A stretch of DNA of 64,000 nt from Oleispira sp. (GTDB taxonomy: Bacteria > Pseudomonadota > Gammaproteobacteria > Pseudomonadales > Oceanobacteraceae), in NCBI GenBank assembly GCA_016765295.1, contig JAESQF010000095.1, forward strand, positions 872 to 64,871. The letters run 5' to 3'. The translations under genes were made by a program, and so were the position numbers. Below the pieces are notes generated by a model that was not told the origin of the DNA, ran no database searches, and was given only the letters and a program-made list of their open reading frames with translations. This document shows positions 29,980 through 39,499 of the stretch, piece by piece (position 1 is the stretch's first letter; each line of letters opens with the position of its first letter).

Positions 29980-30906
29980 CTATTTTTGATCAGGCCCGCC
30001 AAAATGGAGGTTTATGCCAAGTTGGATATAAGAGGTATTATCGAATTGAGCATTTACGACAGTGCTATCTTGATCTTCTAACTCCAATTCTTGGCCAAAT
30101 TGTAGCCCAGACTCTATTTCAAACCAAAATGGCCCTGCGATATTCCATTGTGCACCTAAGCCTAAGCGATAACCTTGCTGTACGTAATCAAAGGTTTCAT
30201 CTTTATCACCATCTTTGTATACATGCCAGCTACCCCCATTAGGGGTGACTTTAGCAAAATAATTTTGCCCCCAATTAGGTGCATAGCTAATGTAGCTGAC
30301 AGGGAAGCCGATAGTCATATCCCAGTTGGCCGTTGGTTTATATCGATAGGCCGCGAGAGGTAGCAGCCTAGCAACACCGAATGCATGGGTGAATACTAAA
30401 CCGTATTGATACTCGTATTGGTCATAAGTCTTAGCGATTTGAGCAACGGCGTTAACCGCAAAATCTTTGGTATTTACATATTCTAAAGAAGATTTCACAC
30501 CGGGAGAAAGGTTAAATATATAGCGCGTTTCATCATCTGTCTGGGCGACGTAAGTGATCGGAACGGATATATCATAGAGGCGCTGTTTATTATCGTAGAT
30601 ATTATCATGGTCATTTATTATGATTTCTCGCTCACGGAAATTAAACGAATATAAAAACATTCCACCTTCATCTTCCATATCACCTACTTTGGCAAACGGT
30701 ATTTTAAAATGGGTATCGAGCTGGCTGAACTCAATGTCATCACTATCTTTAATTTGCGAGGGTTTGAAATAGGTAACATTCAAAAATCCTGTCGGTATGC
30801 TAGGCATCATCTTCTCTGCTATATCTGATGCAAGCGCTAGCTTGCTATAGAAGGGGAGGCATATTAACAGTAGCAATAGCATGCGGTTAATCATTGTAAA
30901 ATGCAT
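29980..30906 (-). CDS. Putative outer-membrane beta-barrel protein (DUF6268-like)
   Basis: Signal peptide; alternating aromatic beta-strands; LLPLAAYRY..W...IGFP motif. Confidence 0.6.
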   Translation of the reverse strand: MHFTMINRMLLLLLICLPFYSKLALASDIAEKMMPSIPTGFLNVTYFKPSQIKDSDDIEFSQLDTHFKIPFAKVGDMEDEGGMFLYSFNFREREIIINDHDNIYDNKQRLYDISVPITYVAQTDDETRYIFNLSPGVKSSLEYVNTKDFAVNAVAQIAKTYDQYEYQYGLVFTHAFGVARLLPLAAYRYKPTANWDMTIGFPVSYISYAPNWGQNYFAKVTPNGGSWHVYKDGDKDETFDYVQQGYRLGLGAQWNIAGPFWFEIESGLQFGQELELEDQDSTVVNAQFDNTSYIQLGINLHFGGPDQK

Positions 30907-31015
30907 GGTTATATCCTTGAATATTCGATTATTGCTAATAATAGCGGTTATCGACCTTGATGGGCAGGTCTGTTATTTGCAACACTATGTCGTGATAGTA
31001 AAGATAGCAGGTGCT

Positions 31016-31735
31016 TTAAAACAGCTGGTTAAACGTGATACCCCAGCCATTGCCATTGGCTCTTTTTCCACTGTCTTTGTTTTCGTAATCAATAACTAGG
31101 TATTTTACCCCTAACGCAGTGCCGGTACCGACAAAGTGATATAGATAGGCGGCATAAGCCCCCATCGCATTGTGATAGTGCTGATTATTGTCTGTTTTTT
31201 CACTTTTGAACTCGGGATTCATGTGATAGCTGATACCACCGCCAAAGCCATGCCTATCGATCCAATAATGGCTAAAGATATCAACGACTTTACGGGTGAA
31301 GGAGGTAATGTTCTTTTCACCGCTGACACTTTCAGCGGTAACTGAGTCAAATAAATAACCCCCTTTAATGCCGATATCCATGCTCTTATCAAACATGAGG
31401 TGGGTGGCGCCTAATGCTAAGAAAACCCCCGAGCCTGCGCGAATACTGTCGGTTTCGCCATCCGCAAAATTGATCGTTTCTAGGGTGCTGCCACCCAGTA
31501 AGGCTTCAATAGAAAAGAAGATTCGATTTTCAGAATATTCATCAAGGTAAAAATCATCAGAGACAAGGTCTTTTTCTTCTGTAGTTTTATCATTGGCTGA
31601 ATAGAAAACTTCGGCTGGATTAAAGCCAGTTCTTATCTCAGCACTGCAACAGGTATGGCTGATGCAAACTAATAGCGTGGCGATAAGGAAGATAAGCCAG
31701 CGAGATGGTAGTGCGTCGAATAGTTGTTGAGTCAT
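31016..31735 (-). CDS. Putative outer-membrane beta-barrel protein
   Basis: Amphipathic strands, IRAGSG motif and a C-terminal Phe (WGITFNQLF). Confidence 0.6.
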   Translation of the reverse strand: MTQQLFDALPSRWLIFLIATLLVCISHTCCSAEIRTGFNPAEVFYSANDKTTEEKDLVSDDFYLDEYSENRIFFSIEALLGGSTLETINFADGETDSIRAGSGVFLALGATHLMFDKSMDIGIKGGYLFDSVTAESVSGEKNITSFTRKVVDIFSHYWIDRHGFGGGISYHMNPEFKSEKTDNNQHYHNAMGAYAAYLYHFVGTGTALGVKYLVIDYENKDSGKRANGNGWGITFNQLF

Positions 31736-31782
31736 AAGGTCACTGTCGTCACACTCGCATCATTGGCTTAATAATAGCTTAA

Positions 31783-32559
31783 TTAGCCAATGCTGTTTTC
31801 TTGCACTTCTTCAGGATCGATAGGGCGCTTGATTAGGCGAGCAAAGAGCACTCCGACTTCAAATAGCATCCACATTGGCACTGCTAAAATGGTTTGGGAG
31901 ATAACATCGGGTGGAGTAACAAACATACCGACAACAAAGCAGCCTAAAAATACGTAGGGGCGTTTGGCGCTTAAGCTTTCTACTGTGGTTACCCCCATTA
32001 ATACCATTAGGAAGGTGGCGATAGGGATTTCAAAGGCGATACCAAAGGCAAAAAACATCTTCAAAATGAAGTCGAGAATATTGCTGATGTCAGGCATCAG
32101 GGTTACGTCTTGGGGCCCCACGGAGGTAAAGAAGGAGAAGGCTAAAGGCAGAACAACGTAATAGGCGAAGGTGATGCCCGCGTAGAATAATACGATGCTC
32201 GATAATAGTAATGGAATGGCGAACTTCTTTTCGTGCTGATAAAGGCCTGGGGCAATAAACGACCAAACTTGATGCAGTATGTAGGGCACGGATAAGAAGA
32301 TGGCTAATACAATAGTAAGCTTAAAAGGCACTAAGAACGGAGAGGCGACTCCGGTTGCAATCATGCCACCGTTAGCAGGCAAGATAGACGATAGCGGTTC
32401 TACTAAAATTAAATATAGGTCGTTAGCGAAGTAAAATAGTCCTAAGAAGATCACCAGTACGGATAATACAATTCTTAGCAGTCGATTCCGCAATTCAATT
32501 AAGTGCGTCATCAGGGGCTGTTCAGCGCTAGCTGTGGATGGCTCAGTGGGTTCTGTCAT
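31783..32559 (-). CDS. tatC: Twin-arginine translocase subunit TatC
   Basis: HLIELRNRL, FIAPGLYQHEK, FEIP and TPPDVISQ motifs. Confidence 0.97.
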   Translation of the reverse strand: MTEPTEPSTASAEQPLMTHLIELRNRLLRIVLSVLVIFLGLFYFANDLYLILVEPLSSILPANGGMIATGVASPFLVPFKLTIVLAIFLSVPYILHQVWSFIAPGLYQHEKKFAIPLLLSSIVLFYAGITFAYYVVLPLAFSFFTSVGPQDVTLMPDISNILDFILKMFFAFGIAFEIPIATFLMVLMGVTTVESLSAKRPYVFLGCFVVGMFVTPPDVISQTILAVPMWMLFEVGVLFARLIKRPIDPEEVQENSIG

Positions 32560-32570
32560 CTTGCTCGCGT

Positions 32571-32906
32571 CTACTTTTTATCTGCTGAGTGGGTATTTTT
32601 AGCAGTACCCTTAGCGGCCGAATCTTCTTTTGTAGGGCTCTTGGCTAAGGCATCTTTTAATACATCATCTTTTACGGCAACTTCTTCTTCGTCGAGAAAG
32701 GTGGCGTAAGGATCTTTGAGTTTGTCTTTTAACTCATCCGTGCGCATTTGTCGCTCCAAGTCATCTTGGATATTGCTCATGGTGCGGCGAATTTTACCGA
32801 CGAATAATCCGACGGTACGCGCAGCTTTTGGTAAGCGTTCAGGGCCCAATATTAGTAGCCCTAAAATGCCTACAACCATTAGCTCTAAAAAACCAATATC
32901 AAACAC
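32571..32906 (-). CDS. tatB: Twin-arginine translocase subunit TatB
   Basis: MFDIGFLEL...LGPERLP. Confidence 0.96.
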   Translation of the reverse strand: MFDIGFLELMVVGILGLLILGPERLPKAARTVGLFVGKIRRTMSNIQDDLERQMRTDELKDKLKDPYATFLDEEEVAVKDDVLKDALAKSPTKEDSAAKGTAKNTHSADKK

Positions 32907-32930
32907 GTAATGTGCTCCGAGTTATTTATT

Positions 32931-33200
32931 TTATTGGTCTTTTTGCTTGTCAGCAGCTTGTTTTTCAGCACTTTGCTTTTCAACAGGGCTGTCAAATGTC
33001 GCATCTTTTTCTTCAAGCGTAATAGACGGCTGTTCTTCTGCTTTTTCTTCTTTCTTAGAGTCGTCGTTAATGGCATTTTTAAAGCCTTTAACTGCACCCC
33101 CAAGATCGCCACCCAGATTACGTAATTTCTTAGTTCCGAAAACTAAAATAACGATAACGAAAACGATCAACAACTGCCAAATACTAATACCACCTAACAT
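32931..33200 (-). CDS. tatA: Twin-arginine translocase subunit TatA
   Basis: [10 protein letters not shown]...[20 protein letters not shown]. Confidence 0.96.
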   Translation of the reverse strand: MLGGISIWQLLIVFVIVILVFGTKKLRNLGGDLGGAVKGFKNAINDDSKKEEKAEEQPSITLEEKDATFDSPVEKQSAEKQAADKQKDQ

Positions 33201-33229
33201 GATACTTACCTCTATTTATTATAAATGTG

Positions 33230-33562
33230 CTAAAAACCAGGAAGCTTAGAGCCGCCTAGGATATGAAAATGTATATGGAAAACTTCTTGGCCGCCTTTTG
33301 CACCGGTATTGGTAATGGTGCGGTAGCCTTCAAGGTTTTCCTGTTTCGCCAGCTTCGGGACTGTGAGCAATAACTTACCCATCAGTGCTTGGTCTTCTGG
33401 CTGTAAATCATCTAGATTCACAATGTGCTTTTTGGGAATCAGTAGAAGATGGGTATCGGCCTTCGGTGATATATCACGAAAGGCGAAAAAGTCATCATCT
33501 TCATAGACAGCTTGAGAGGGAATATCCCCAGCTACTATTTTACAAAATAAACAATCAGTCAT
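33230..33562 (-). CDS. hinT: Histidine triad nucleotide-binding protein
   Basis: DCLFCKI and GGQEVFHIHFHILGG. Confidence 0.92.
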   Translation of the reverse strand: MTDCLFCKIVAGDIPSQAVYEDDDFFAFRDISPKADTHLLLIPKKHIVNLDDLQPEDQALMGKLLLTVPKLAKQENLEGYRTITNTGAKGGQEVFHIHFHILGGSKLPGF

Positions 33563-33590
33563 GTTCCAATCCCTTAATTATCTCGCAGCC

Positions 33591-33941
33591 TTATTTAGGC
33601 TGGCGAGATGCTTTTTCTTCTAAGCCGGAAAGGCCAAAGCGACGTTTAAGTTCTTCTACAACCGCTTCTGGTCGTTCACCCAGCTGAGCTAAAGCGACTA
33701 GGCTATGAAACCACAAATCTGCGGTTTCGTAGATCACGTCTGAGTTATCACCACTGCGTTCAGCATCTTTCGCGGCAATGATGGTTTCAGTCGCTTCTTC
33801 ACCGACTTTCTCTAGAATTTTGTTCAAGCCTTTACTGTATAGGCTAGCCACATAGGAACTGTCTGCTGCAGCGCCTTTACGTTGTTCTAGGATATCTCCT
33901 AGAGTCTCAAAAACCGACGTGTTATCTACTGAGTCGCTCAT
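33591..33941 (-). CDS. hisE: Phosphoribosyl-ATP diphosphatase
   Basis: [26 protein letters not shown] and RRFGLSGL motifs. Confidence 0.96.
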   Translation of the reverse strand: MSDSVDNTSVFETLGDILEQRKGAAADSSYVASLYSKGLNKILEKVGEEATETIIAAKDAERSGDNSDVIYETADLWFHSLVALAQLGERPEAVVEELKRRFGLSGLEEKASRQPK

Positions 33942-33966
33942 TCTAAGCTCTTAATAATAAAGGAAA

Positions 33967-34359
33967 TTAATAAATATCTTTGGGATCTTTTAGTACGGGA
34001 TCAACCGATTGCCACTGACCTTGATCTGCATCACCATTATGCACCCGATAGAAGCAGCTTTCACGCCCTGTATGGCATGCAATTCCACCAATCTGCTCGA
34101 CTTGTAAAACAATCACATCGGCATCACAGTCTAAACGAACTTCGTGTAGCTTTTGTACGTGGCCAGATGATTCCCCTTTGCGCCATAATTGCTGACGTGA
34201 ACGAGAATAAAAGACCGCGCGGTTTTCTTTGATGGTGAGGTTTAACGCTTCACGATTCATCCAAGCCATCATTAGAATACGGCCTGTTTGATAGTTTTGG
34301 GAAATCGCCGGAACTAAGCCATCATTATCCCACTTGATTTCATCTAACCAGTTACTCAT
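33967..34359 (-). CDS. hisI: Phosphoribosyl-AMP cyclohydrolase
   Basis: [21 protein letters not shown] and [11 protein letters not shown] motifs. Confidence 0.96.
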   Translation of the reverse strand: MSNWLDEIKWDNDGLVPAISQNYQTGRILMMAWMNREALNLTIKENRAVFYSRSRQQLWRKGESSGHVQKLHEVRLDCDADVIVLQVEQIGGIACHTGRESCFYRVHNGDADQGQWQSVDPVLKDPKDIY

Positions 34360-34482
34360 GGCCTATTACTCTGTCGAGGGTCTATCGTGGTAAAAATATG
34401 CTCGAATCTTACCTTAATCTGACTCTTGAGGGTACTATTGAACACAGATAATAACCGTTGAAATAGCTATGCCGAGAAGTGT

Positions 34483-34956
34483 ATGACAAACAAAGAAGAA
34501 ATCCATTGCCATTGTGAGTGTGGGAAAACACAACTGAATGTAGCCAAACCACCGATGTTACGCTTTCACTGCCACTGCACGATTTGTCAGAAACTTTATA
34601 AGCAGCCTTTTTCGGATGTAACGGTCATGTGGGCGAAAGATGCCAAGCTGATCCAAGGGGAGTTTATTGAATATCGCCGGCCAGGATTATTGTTAAAACG
34701 TGGGGTTTGCACTCAATGTGAACAGCCGATCTTGGCGACGATGACGTTATTTCCAGGAGTGAAGCTGGCCTTTGTTCCCGCTAATCGTTATGGCGATCAA
34801 TCGCTGCTACCGAAACCATCAGCGCATATCTTTTTTCACCGCAGTGAAACCGCTATGGATGATGGGATAACGAAATATAACGGCTTTGTTAAAAGCGAGC
34901 TGATAATTAGCTGGCTGATTGTGAAGTCAGCCTTTGCTCAGTTGTTTGCGCGTTAG
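34483..34956 (+). CDS. GFA-family (Zn-binding) protein
   Basis: CxCG, CHCTICQK and CTQC zinc motifs; PSAHIF. Confidence 0.85.
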   Translation: MTNKEEIHCHCECGKTQLNVAKPPMLRFHCHCTICQKLYKQPFSDVTVMWAKDAKLIQGEFIEYRRPGLLLKRGVCTQCEQPILATMTLFPGVKLAFVPANRYGDQSLLPKPSAHIFFHRSETAMDDGITKYNGFVKSELIISWLIVKSAFAQLFAR

Positions 34957-34964
34957 CCTTTTAC

Positions 34965-35136
34965 AAAACTACTCAGATAGCTAAAATTTAGTCGAATAAG
35001 ATTCATTATTGGGTAGTTGTGGAGCAAATATGCGAGGCATGGATGCCGAACCTAAGGCTACATGGAGGTATTTACGCCGTTTTGTGGAATAAATATCCAG
35101 TCATGAATCGATTTATAAAACTTGTTGAATAGCTAC
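34965..35136. repeat. MITE/REP-like interspersed palindromic element
   Basis: Imperfect long inverted repeat (GATTCATTATTGGGTAGTT ... AAATATCCAGTCATGAATC); central GGCATGGATGCC and CTACATGGAGGTA hairpins; flanked by the 11-bp direct repeat TAGCCTTTTAC (34954-34964, 35137-35147). Confidence 0.6.
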
Positions 35137-36773
35137 TAGCCTTTTACTAACAACCAAACAGCACCAAATGCTGCTAGCGAGATGCCGATTGTTTCTGGCA
35201 TCGCTAGGGCAGCGGCTTGCCACCAAAGGAAGCCTCCCGATGCCATGCTAGTAAGGGCTAACTTCTGCTGACGGCTTTGCTTTGTTTGTTTAATAACGGC
35301 TAAGTTCAGCTGCGCTAATTGATCTGATATCTGTGCTTGGCTAGTATCGATCTGGCTAAGCTTGCTCAGGCTGCTATGAATCAGGCCGGGAATTTGCGGA
35401 CCTTTTTCTATCCAGTTAGGCAGCTGACGCTTGAATTCACGTAATGCGCCTTTAGGGCCAAAGCGTTCTTTGATCCAGGTTTCCATATAAGGTTTGGCGG
35501 TATTCCATAAATCCAACTGTGGATACAGCTGACGGCCTAGCCCTTCAATGTTCAATAAGGTTTTTTGCAATAGCACCAGTTGCGGCTGCACTTCCATATT
35601 GAAGCGGCGGGCAACGCGGAATAGCTGCAATAACACTTGGCCAAAAGAGATTTCTGCAATCGGCTTTTCAAAAATAGGTTCACAGACACTGCGAATCGCT
35701 GATTCTAACTCGTGTACTTTCGTATTTGAGGGAACCCAGCCGCTATCGATGTGCAGTTGCGCCACTTGATAATAATCTTGGTTAAAGAAAGCTAATAAGT
35801 TACGCGCTAAATAATTTTGATCTTGTTCGTTTAGGGTGCCGACGATGGCGCAATCAATGGCGATATATTTAGGTTTGTCTGGGCTGCCATGGGCGACAAA
35901 AATGTTACCTGGGTGCATGTCGGCGTGGAAGAAGCTATCGCGGAATACCTGGGTAAAGAAAATTTCAACACCGCGCTCGGCCAATACCTTCATATTGGTA
36001 TTTTGGGCTTTTAACGCTTCAATATCAGCAACGGGGATACCATAAATACGTTCACTAACCATCACGCTGGTGCGAGTTAATTCCCAATAAACTTCAGGCA
36101 CGTAAATAAGGTCGGAACCGGCAAAGTTACGTCTTAGCTGAGTCGCATTAGAGGCTTCAAGTTGCAAGTTGAGTTCGTTATGAATGGTATTGCTATAATC
36201 TTCTACCACTTCTACCGGTTTTAAACGTCGACCTTCGGCGGAATATTTTTCAACAAGGCGGGCCATTTGATCGAGTAAAATCAAGTCGCGATCAATGGTT
36301 TTATAAATACCTGGGCGCACCACTTTCACCACGACTTCGCTGCCGTCGTGCAAGGTTGCAGGATGTACTTGAGCGATAGAAGCCGAGGCCATTGGAGTGA
36401 CATCAAATTGAGCAAATAGAGTATCGACACTTTCCCCTAATTGGCTTTCGATTAGTCGTACTGCTACATCACCTGGAAAAGGTGGCACATCATCTTGTAA
36501 CTTAACCAGTTCATTAACGATATCGTCTGGAATAAGATCTGGGCGGGTCGATAATATTTGACCAAATTTAACGAATATGGGGCCTAAAGCTTCTAGCGCT
36601 AGACGCAGTCGTTCACCACGAGATAATTTTTTCGGCACTGGGGCTAAGCGCCACGGCGCTAACCAAAGTGCGATGCGCAGCGGCAGTGGAAATTGTTCAG
36701 TCGGCACTAGGTCATCTAAGCGGTAGCGCGTAAATACGTAGAGAATTTTCCACAGACGCCAAAAATTAGCCAC
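35136..36773 (-). CDS. ubiB: Ubiquinone biosynthesis kinase-like protein UbiB
   Basis: [36 protein letters not shown] and [12 protein letters not shown] motifs. Confidence 0.96.
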   Translation of the reverse strand: MANFWRLWKILYVFTRYRLDDLVPTEQFPLPLRIALWLAPWRLAPVPKKLSRGERLRLALEALGPIFVKFGQILSTRPDLIPDDIVNELVKLQDDVPPFPGDVAVRLIESQLGESVDTLFAQFDVTPMASASIAQVHPATLHDGSEVVVKVVRPGIYKTIDRDLILLDQMARLVEKYSAEGRRLKPVEVVEDYSNTIHNELNLQLEASNATQLRRNFAGSDLIYVPEVYWELTRTSVMVSERIYGIPVADIEALKAQNTNMKVLAERGVEIFFTQVFRDSFFHADMHPGNIFVAHGSPDKPKYIAIDCAIVGTLNEQDQNYLARNLLAFFNQDYYQVAQLHIDSGWVPSNTKVHELESAIRSVCEPIFEKPIAEISFGQVLLQLFRVARRFNMEVQPQLVLLQKTLLNIEGLGRQLYPQLDLWNTAKPYMETWIKERFGPKGALREFKRQLPNWIEKGPQIPGLIHSSLSKLSQIDTSQAQISDQLAQLNLAVIKQTKQSRQQKLALTSMASGGFLWWQAAALAMPETIGISLAAFGAVWLLVKG

Positions 36774-36776
36774 AGC

Positions 36777-37424
36777 TTAGGATCCTTGTTCTTTAGATTG
36801 ATTTCGTTTGATTATTAGCTGTCTGAGGTGCTCAAGACGGGCTTCTGCTCGATCGGTTGCCAAGCGCAGATCGTTGACTTGGCTGGCGAAATGCTGAGCT
36901 AGTGGTTTTGGAACCAATAGCTGTATTTCGTCTTCTAGGTATTCTTTACTACTCGTCGCTAAGGTTTGGCCGCTATCTTTGCTCCATTTGAGCACACTGC
37001 GAAAACCTCTGCCAATTTGATGAGCGATGATACCACCGGTTAGCGGTGTGATTAGCGCTTCCCAATCAATGTCCATTTGCTGCATGATTTTGGCGAGATC
37101 TAAAACCAATGCGCTGCTGCCACTGATATCGATATCACCATTCATCAGTGCGTCGGCTTTATCACTGGCTGATGCCACGGCTAATAGCTCGCTGATACTG
37201 CCAAAGATCGTAGTATCACATTCACTATCGTCTTGCAGACTCAGCTTTATACCTGCGCCACAAATGGTTACCACTAGGATCAGCCAATCATCACTTTGAA
37301 TGCGAATACGCTTACCATCAAACTTACTCAGCGCAATTAATAGCGCGGGGTCATGTTTGAGTACGGCATTAAGCGTACGCTCTATGCTGGCGCATAATGC
37401 GCTATCGATGCTTGGGCTGATCAT
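36777..37424 (-). CDS. ubiJ: Ubiquinone biosynthesis accessory factor (SCP2 domain)
   Basis: Lies between ubiE and ubiB; IDWEA, EYLEDE and LRLATDRAEARL; start taken at MISPS. Confidence 0.88.
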   Translation of the reverse strand: MISPSIDSALCASIERTLNAVLKHDPALLIALSKFDGKRIRIQSDDWLILVVTICGAGIKLSLQDDSECDTTIFGSISELLAVASASDKADALMNGDIDISGSSALVLDLAKIMQQMDIDWEALITPLTGGIIAHQIGRGFRSVLKWSKDSGQTLATSSKEYLEDEIQLLVPKPLAQHFASQVNDLRLATDRAEARLEHLRQLIIKRNQSKEQGS

Positions 37425-37449
37425 TAGAGTACTATCTAAACCTTTGACT

Positions 37450-38211
37450 TTAAACTTTGATGCCGCGATGAAGGGCAACCATGCCCCCCGTCATATTGTG
37501 ATAGCTGACACGGTTAAAGCCAGCGTCTTCCATCATGCCTTTTAAGGTCTCTTGGTCAGGGTGCATGCGGATCGATTCTGCCAAATACTTATAAGATTCA
37601 GAGTCATTGGTCACTAGCTTGCCCATGAAAGGTAAGACGGTGAAAGAATATAGATCGTAAGCTTTCTTTAATAGCGGGTTTTTGGTTTGCGAAAACTCCA
37701 ATACCAATAAGCGACCACCAGGTTTCAATACGCGAAACATGGAGCGTAATGCTTCATCTTTATCGGTGACGTTACGTAGGCCGAAAGCGATGGTGATTAT
37801 ATCAAAGGTATTGTCTTCGAAAGGTAAAAATTGTGCGTTAGCTTGAACGTATTCGATATTACCCACATAACCTTGGTTGGTTAGGCGCTCGCGACCGACT
37901 TCTAACATGGACGAGTTAATATCGGCTAATACGACCTTGCCGGATGGACCAACGATCTTGCTAAATTTCTTGGTTAGGTCCCCAGTACCGCCCGCGAGGT
38001 CGAGTACTTTGTTGCCTGGGCGAACACCTGACATGTCAATGGTGAAGCGTTTCCATAAACGATGTACACCGAATGACATAAGGTCATTCATCACGTCATA
38101 TTTGGCCGCCACAGAATGAAAAACATCAGCCACCATGGCTTGCTTCTCTTCTGTTGGGACATCCTTGTAACCAAAATGGGTGGTATTATCTGTGTTATTC
38201 GACATGTTCAA
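37450..38211 (-). CDS. ubiE: Ubiquinone/menaquinone C-methyltransferase
   Basis: [38 protein letters not shown] and [10 protein letters not shown] motifs. Confidence 0.97.
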   Translation of the reverse strand: MNMSNNTDNTTHFGYKDVPTEEKQAMVADVFHSVAAKYDVMNDLMSFGVHRLWKRFTIDMSGVRPGNKVLDLAGGTGDLTKKFSKIVGPSGKVVLADINSSMLEVGRERLTNQGYVGNIEYVQANAQFLPFEDNTFDIITIAFGLRNVTDKDEALRSMFRVLKPGGRLLVLEFSQTKNPLLKKAYDLYSFTVLPFMGKLVTNDSESYKYLAESIRMHPDQETLKGMMEDAGFNRVSYHNMTGGMVALHRGIKV

Positions 38212-38392
38212 ACCTCAAGCCCAGAGCTAAAGTAAAATCGTGCTTCTAATTGCTCAGCATTCTACCCGTTAACCACTAGATTGGCTAATTTGCACCTATG
38301 CAGTAGGTCAAGGTAAAGCAATAATATTGCTTAGTTTGAGATTTATTAATTAAAACAAAATTCTTACGAGAATTGAGCAAGTAGTAAATAAT

Positions 38393-38665
38393 ATGGAGAG
38401 TGGTATGTGGGTAAATATGAATAAAGCAGCAACGGTTCTTTTTTGGTTACTAGCACTGGCAAGTTACATCATGCAGTGGCCTGGATTGTTATCGTATCTG
38501 CCGTTGGCAGCACTCATTGTTGCTGGGGCCCATGTCTTAGAAACAGCCTTCTTTTGGTTCTCATTAAAGGCTAACAGTGAAGCCCCTAGAAAAGATGCTG
38601 CGCTAATAATGATCTTTGGCATTTTCCACTTGCAGGGCTTTATGGCCAAAGCTTCTAATCGCTAG
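38393..38665 (+). CDS. Small membrane protein (DUF1145-like)
   Basis: K...LFW, HVLE and IFGIFH pattern. Confidence 0.65.
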   Translation: MESGMWVNMNKAATVLFWLLALASYIMQWPGLLSYLPLAALIVAGAHVLETAFFWFSLKANSEAPRKDAALIMIFGIFHLQGFMAKASNR

Positions 38666-39060
38666 AGCAAGTTAATTGCGATACGGCTAATCGACTCGTC
38701 TTCATTTTCAATTAATACTTGTAGCGAGTCGATTCGATAAAGCTGGCGCTCAAAAGCGCCGATACCAGAGGCTCTTAATAAGCCGCTGATCTCTACCCAT
38801 TCTTGATAGAGAGCGACGCCACCAAAACACTCTTCTAATTCTTCATGTTCTGCTAATTGCTCCGCAAGGCTGGCATCTAATAATAAGATAGAGGCTTGCT
38901 TGCCATTGCCTTGATCCCAGCTTAAATCATCCACTAGGTAACTGAATGATTCGGTGACAATTAAAAAGCCTTCAATGGTCGTCGGCAGTTCGTGGTCACG
39001 TAGTTGTTTTTCACAGGCGCTATCCACGGAATAGATAATTGAAGAAGTTGGATTGCTCAT
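38662..39060 (-). CDS. Hypothetical acidic protein
   Basis: 132-aa ORF filling the gap; no motif recognised. Confidence 0.65.
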   Translation of the reverse strand: MSNPTSSIIYSVDSACEKQLRDHELPTTIEGFLIVTESFSYLVDDLSWDQGNGKQASILLLDASLAEQLAEHEELEECFGGVALYQEWVEISGLLRASGIGAFERQLYRIDSLQVLIENEDESISRIAINLL

Positions 39061-39084
39061 GGGTTTATGATCTTGTGCTAGTAC

Positions 39085-39463
39085 AGTGAATAAATAGTTG
39101 TTAACAGTATAGGGGATGGGGATAACCTGGGGTAGTTAACTTTGTTAGATAAGAGCTATCATAGTTACCCACTATTTCTGTGGATAAGTCTCTGGATAGC
39201 CTTGGGGTAGTTGGCTACGAGGGCCGTATATCATACGCTCGTTTTAAATTGTTTGAATTACAACCAATGATGGGTAAGTGATTGAATTTCAGGCACTTAT
39301 GCAGGGTTTAATATTTAATAAGTGTTTTTTACGGTATCAGGTCTGGATTTTAAATGAAATTCACTTACCCCCAGATTCTGTGGATAAATCTTGGGATATG
39401 TATGGGTAAGAACCCCAAAGGGGGATGTCCGCTAGGCTGACGTAGATCGATTATCTTTTGTTC
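39085..39463. promoter_or_regulatory. DnaA-box cluster: two DARS-like cores with Fis- and IHF-like sites
   Basis: TTACCCACT-atttc-TGTGGATAA-gtc-TCTGGATAG (39165-39199) and TTACCCCCA-gattc-TGTGGATAA-atc-TTGGGATAT (39365-39399). Extra boxes at 39085, 39117 and 39401; Fis consensus at 39251-39265 and 39449-39463; IHF-like site at 39275-39287. Confidence 0.72.
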
Positions 39464-39499
39464 AATGACTATGAAGCTATAAGCTCTGGGTTAAGGAGC

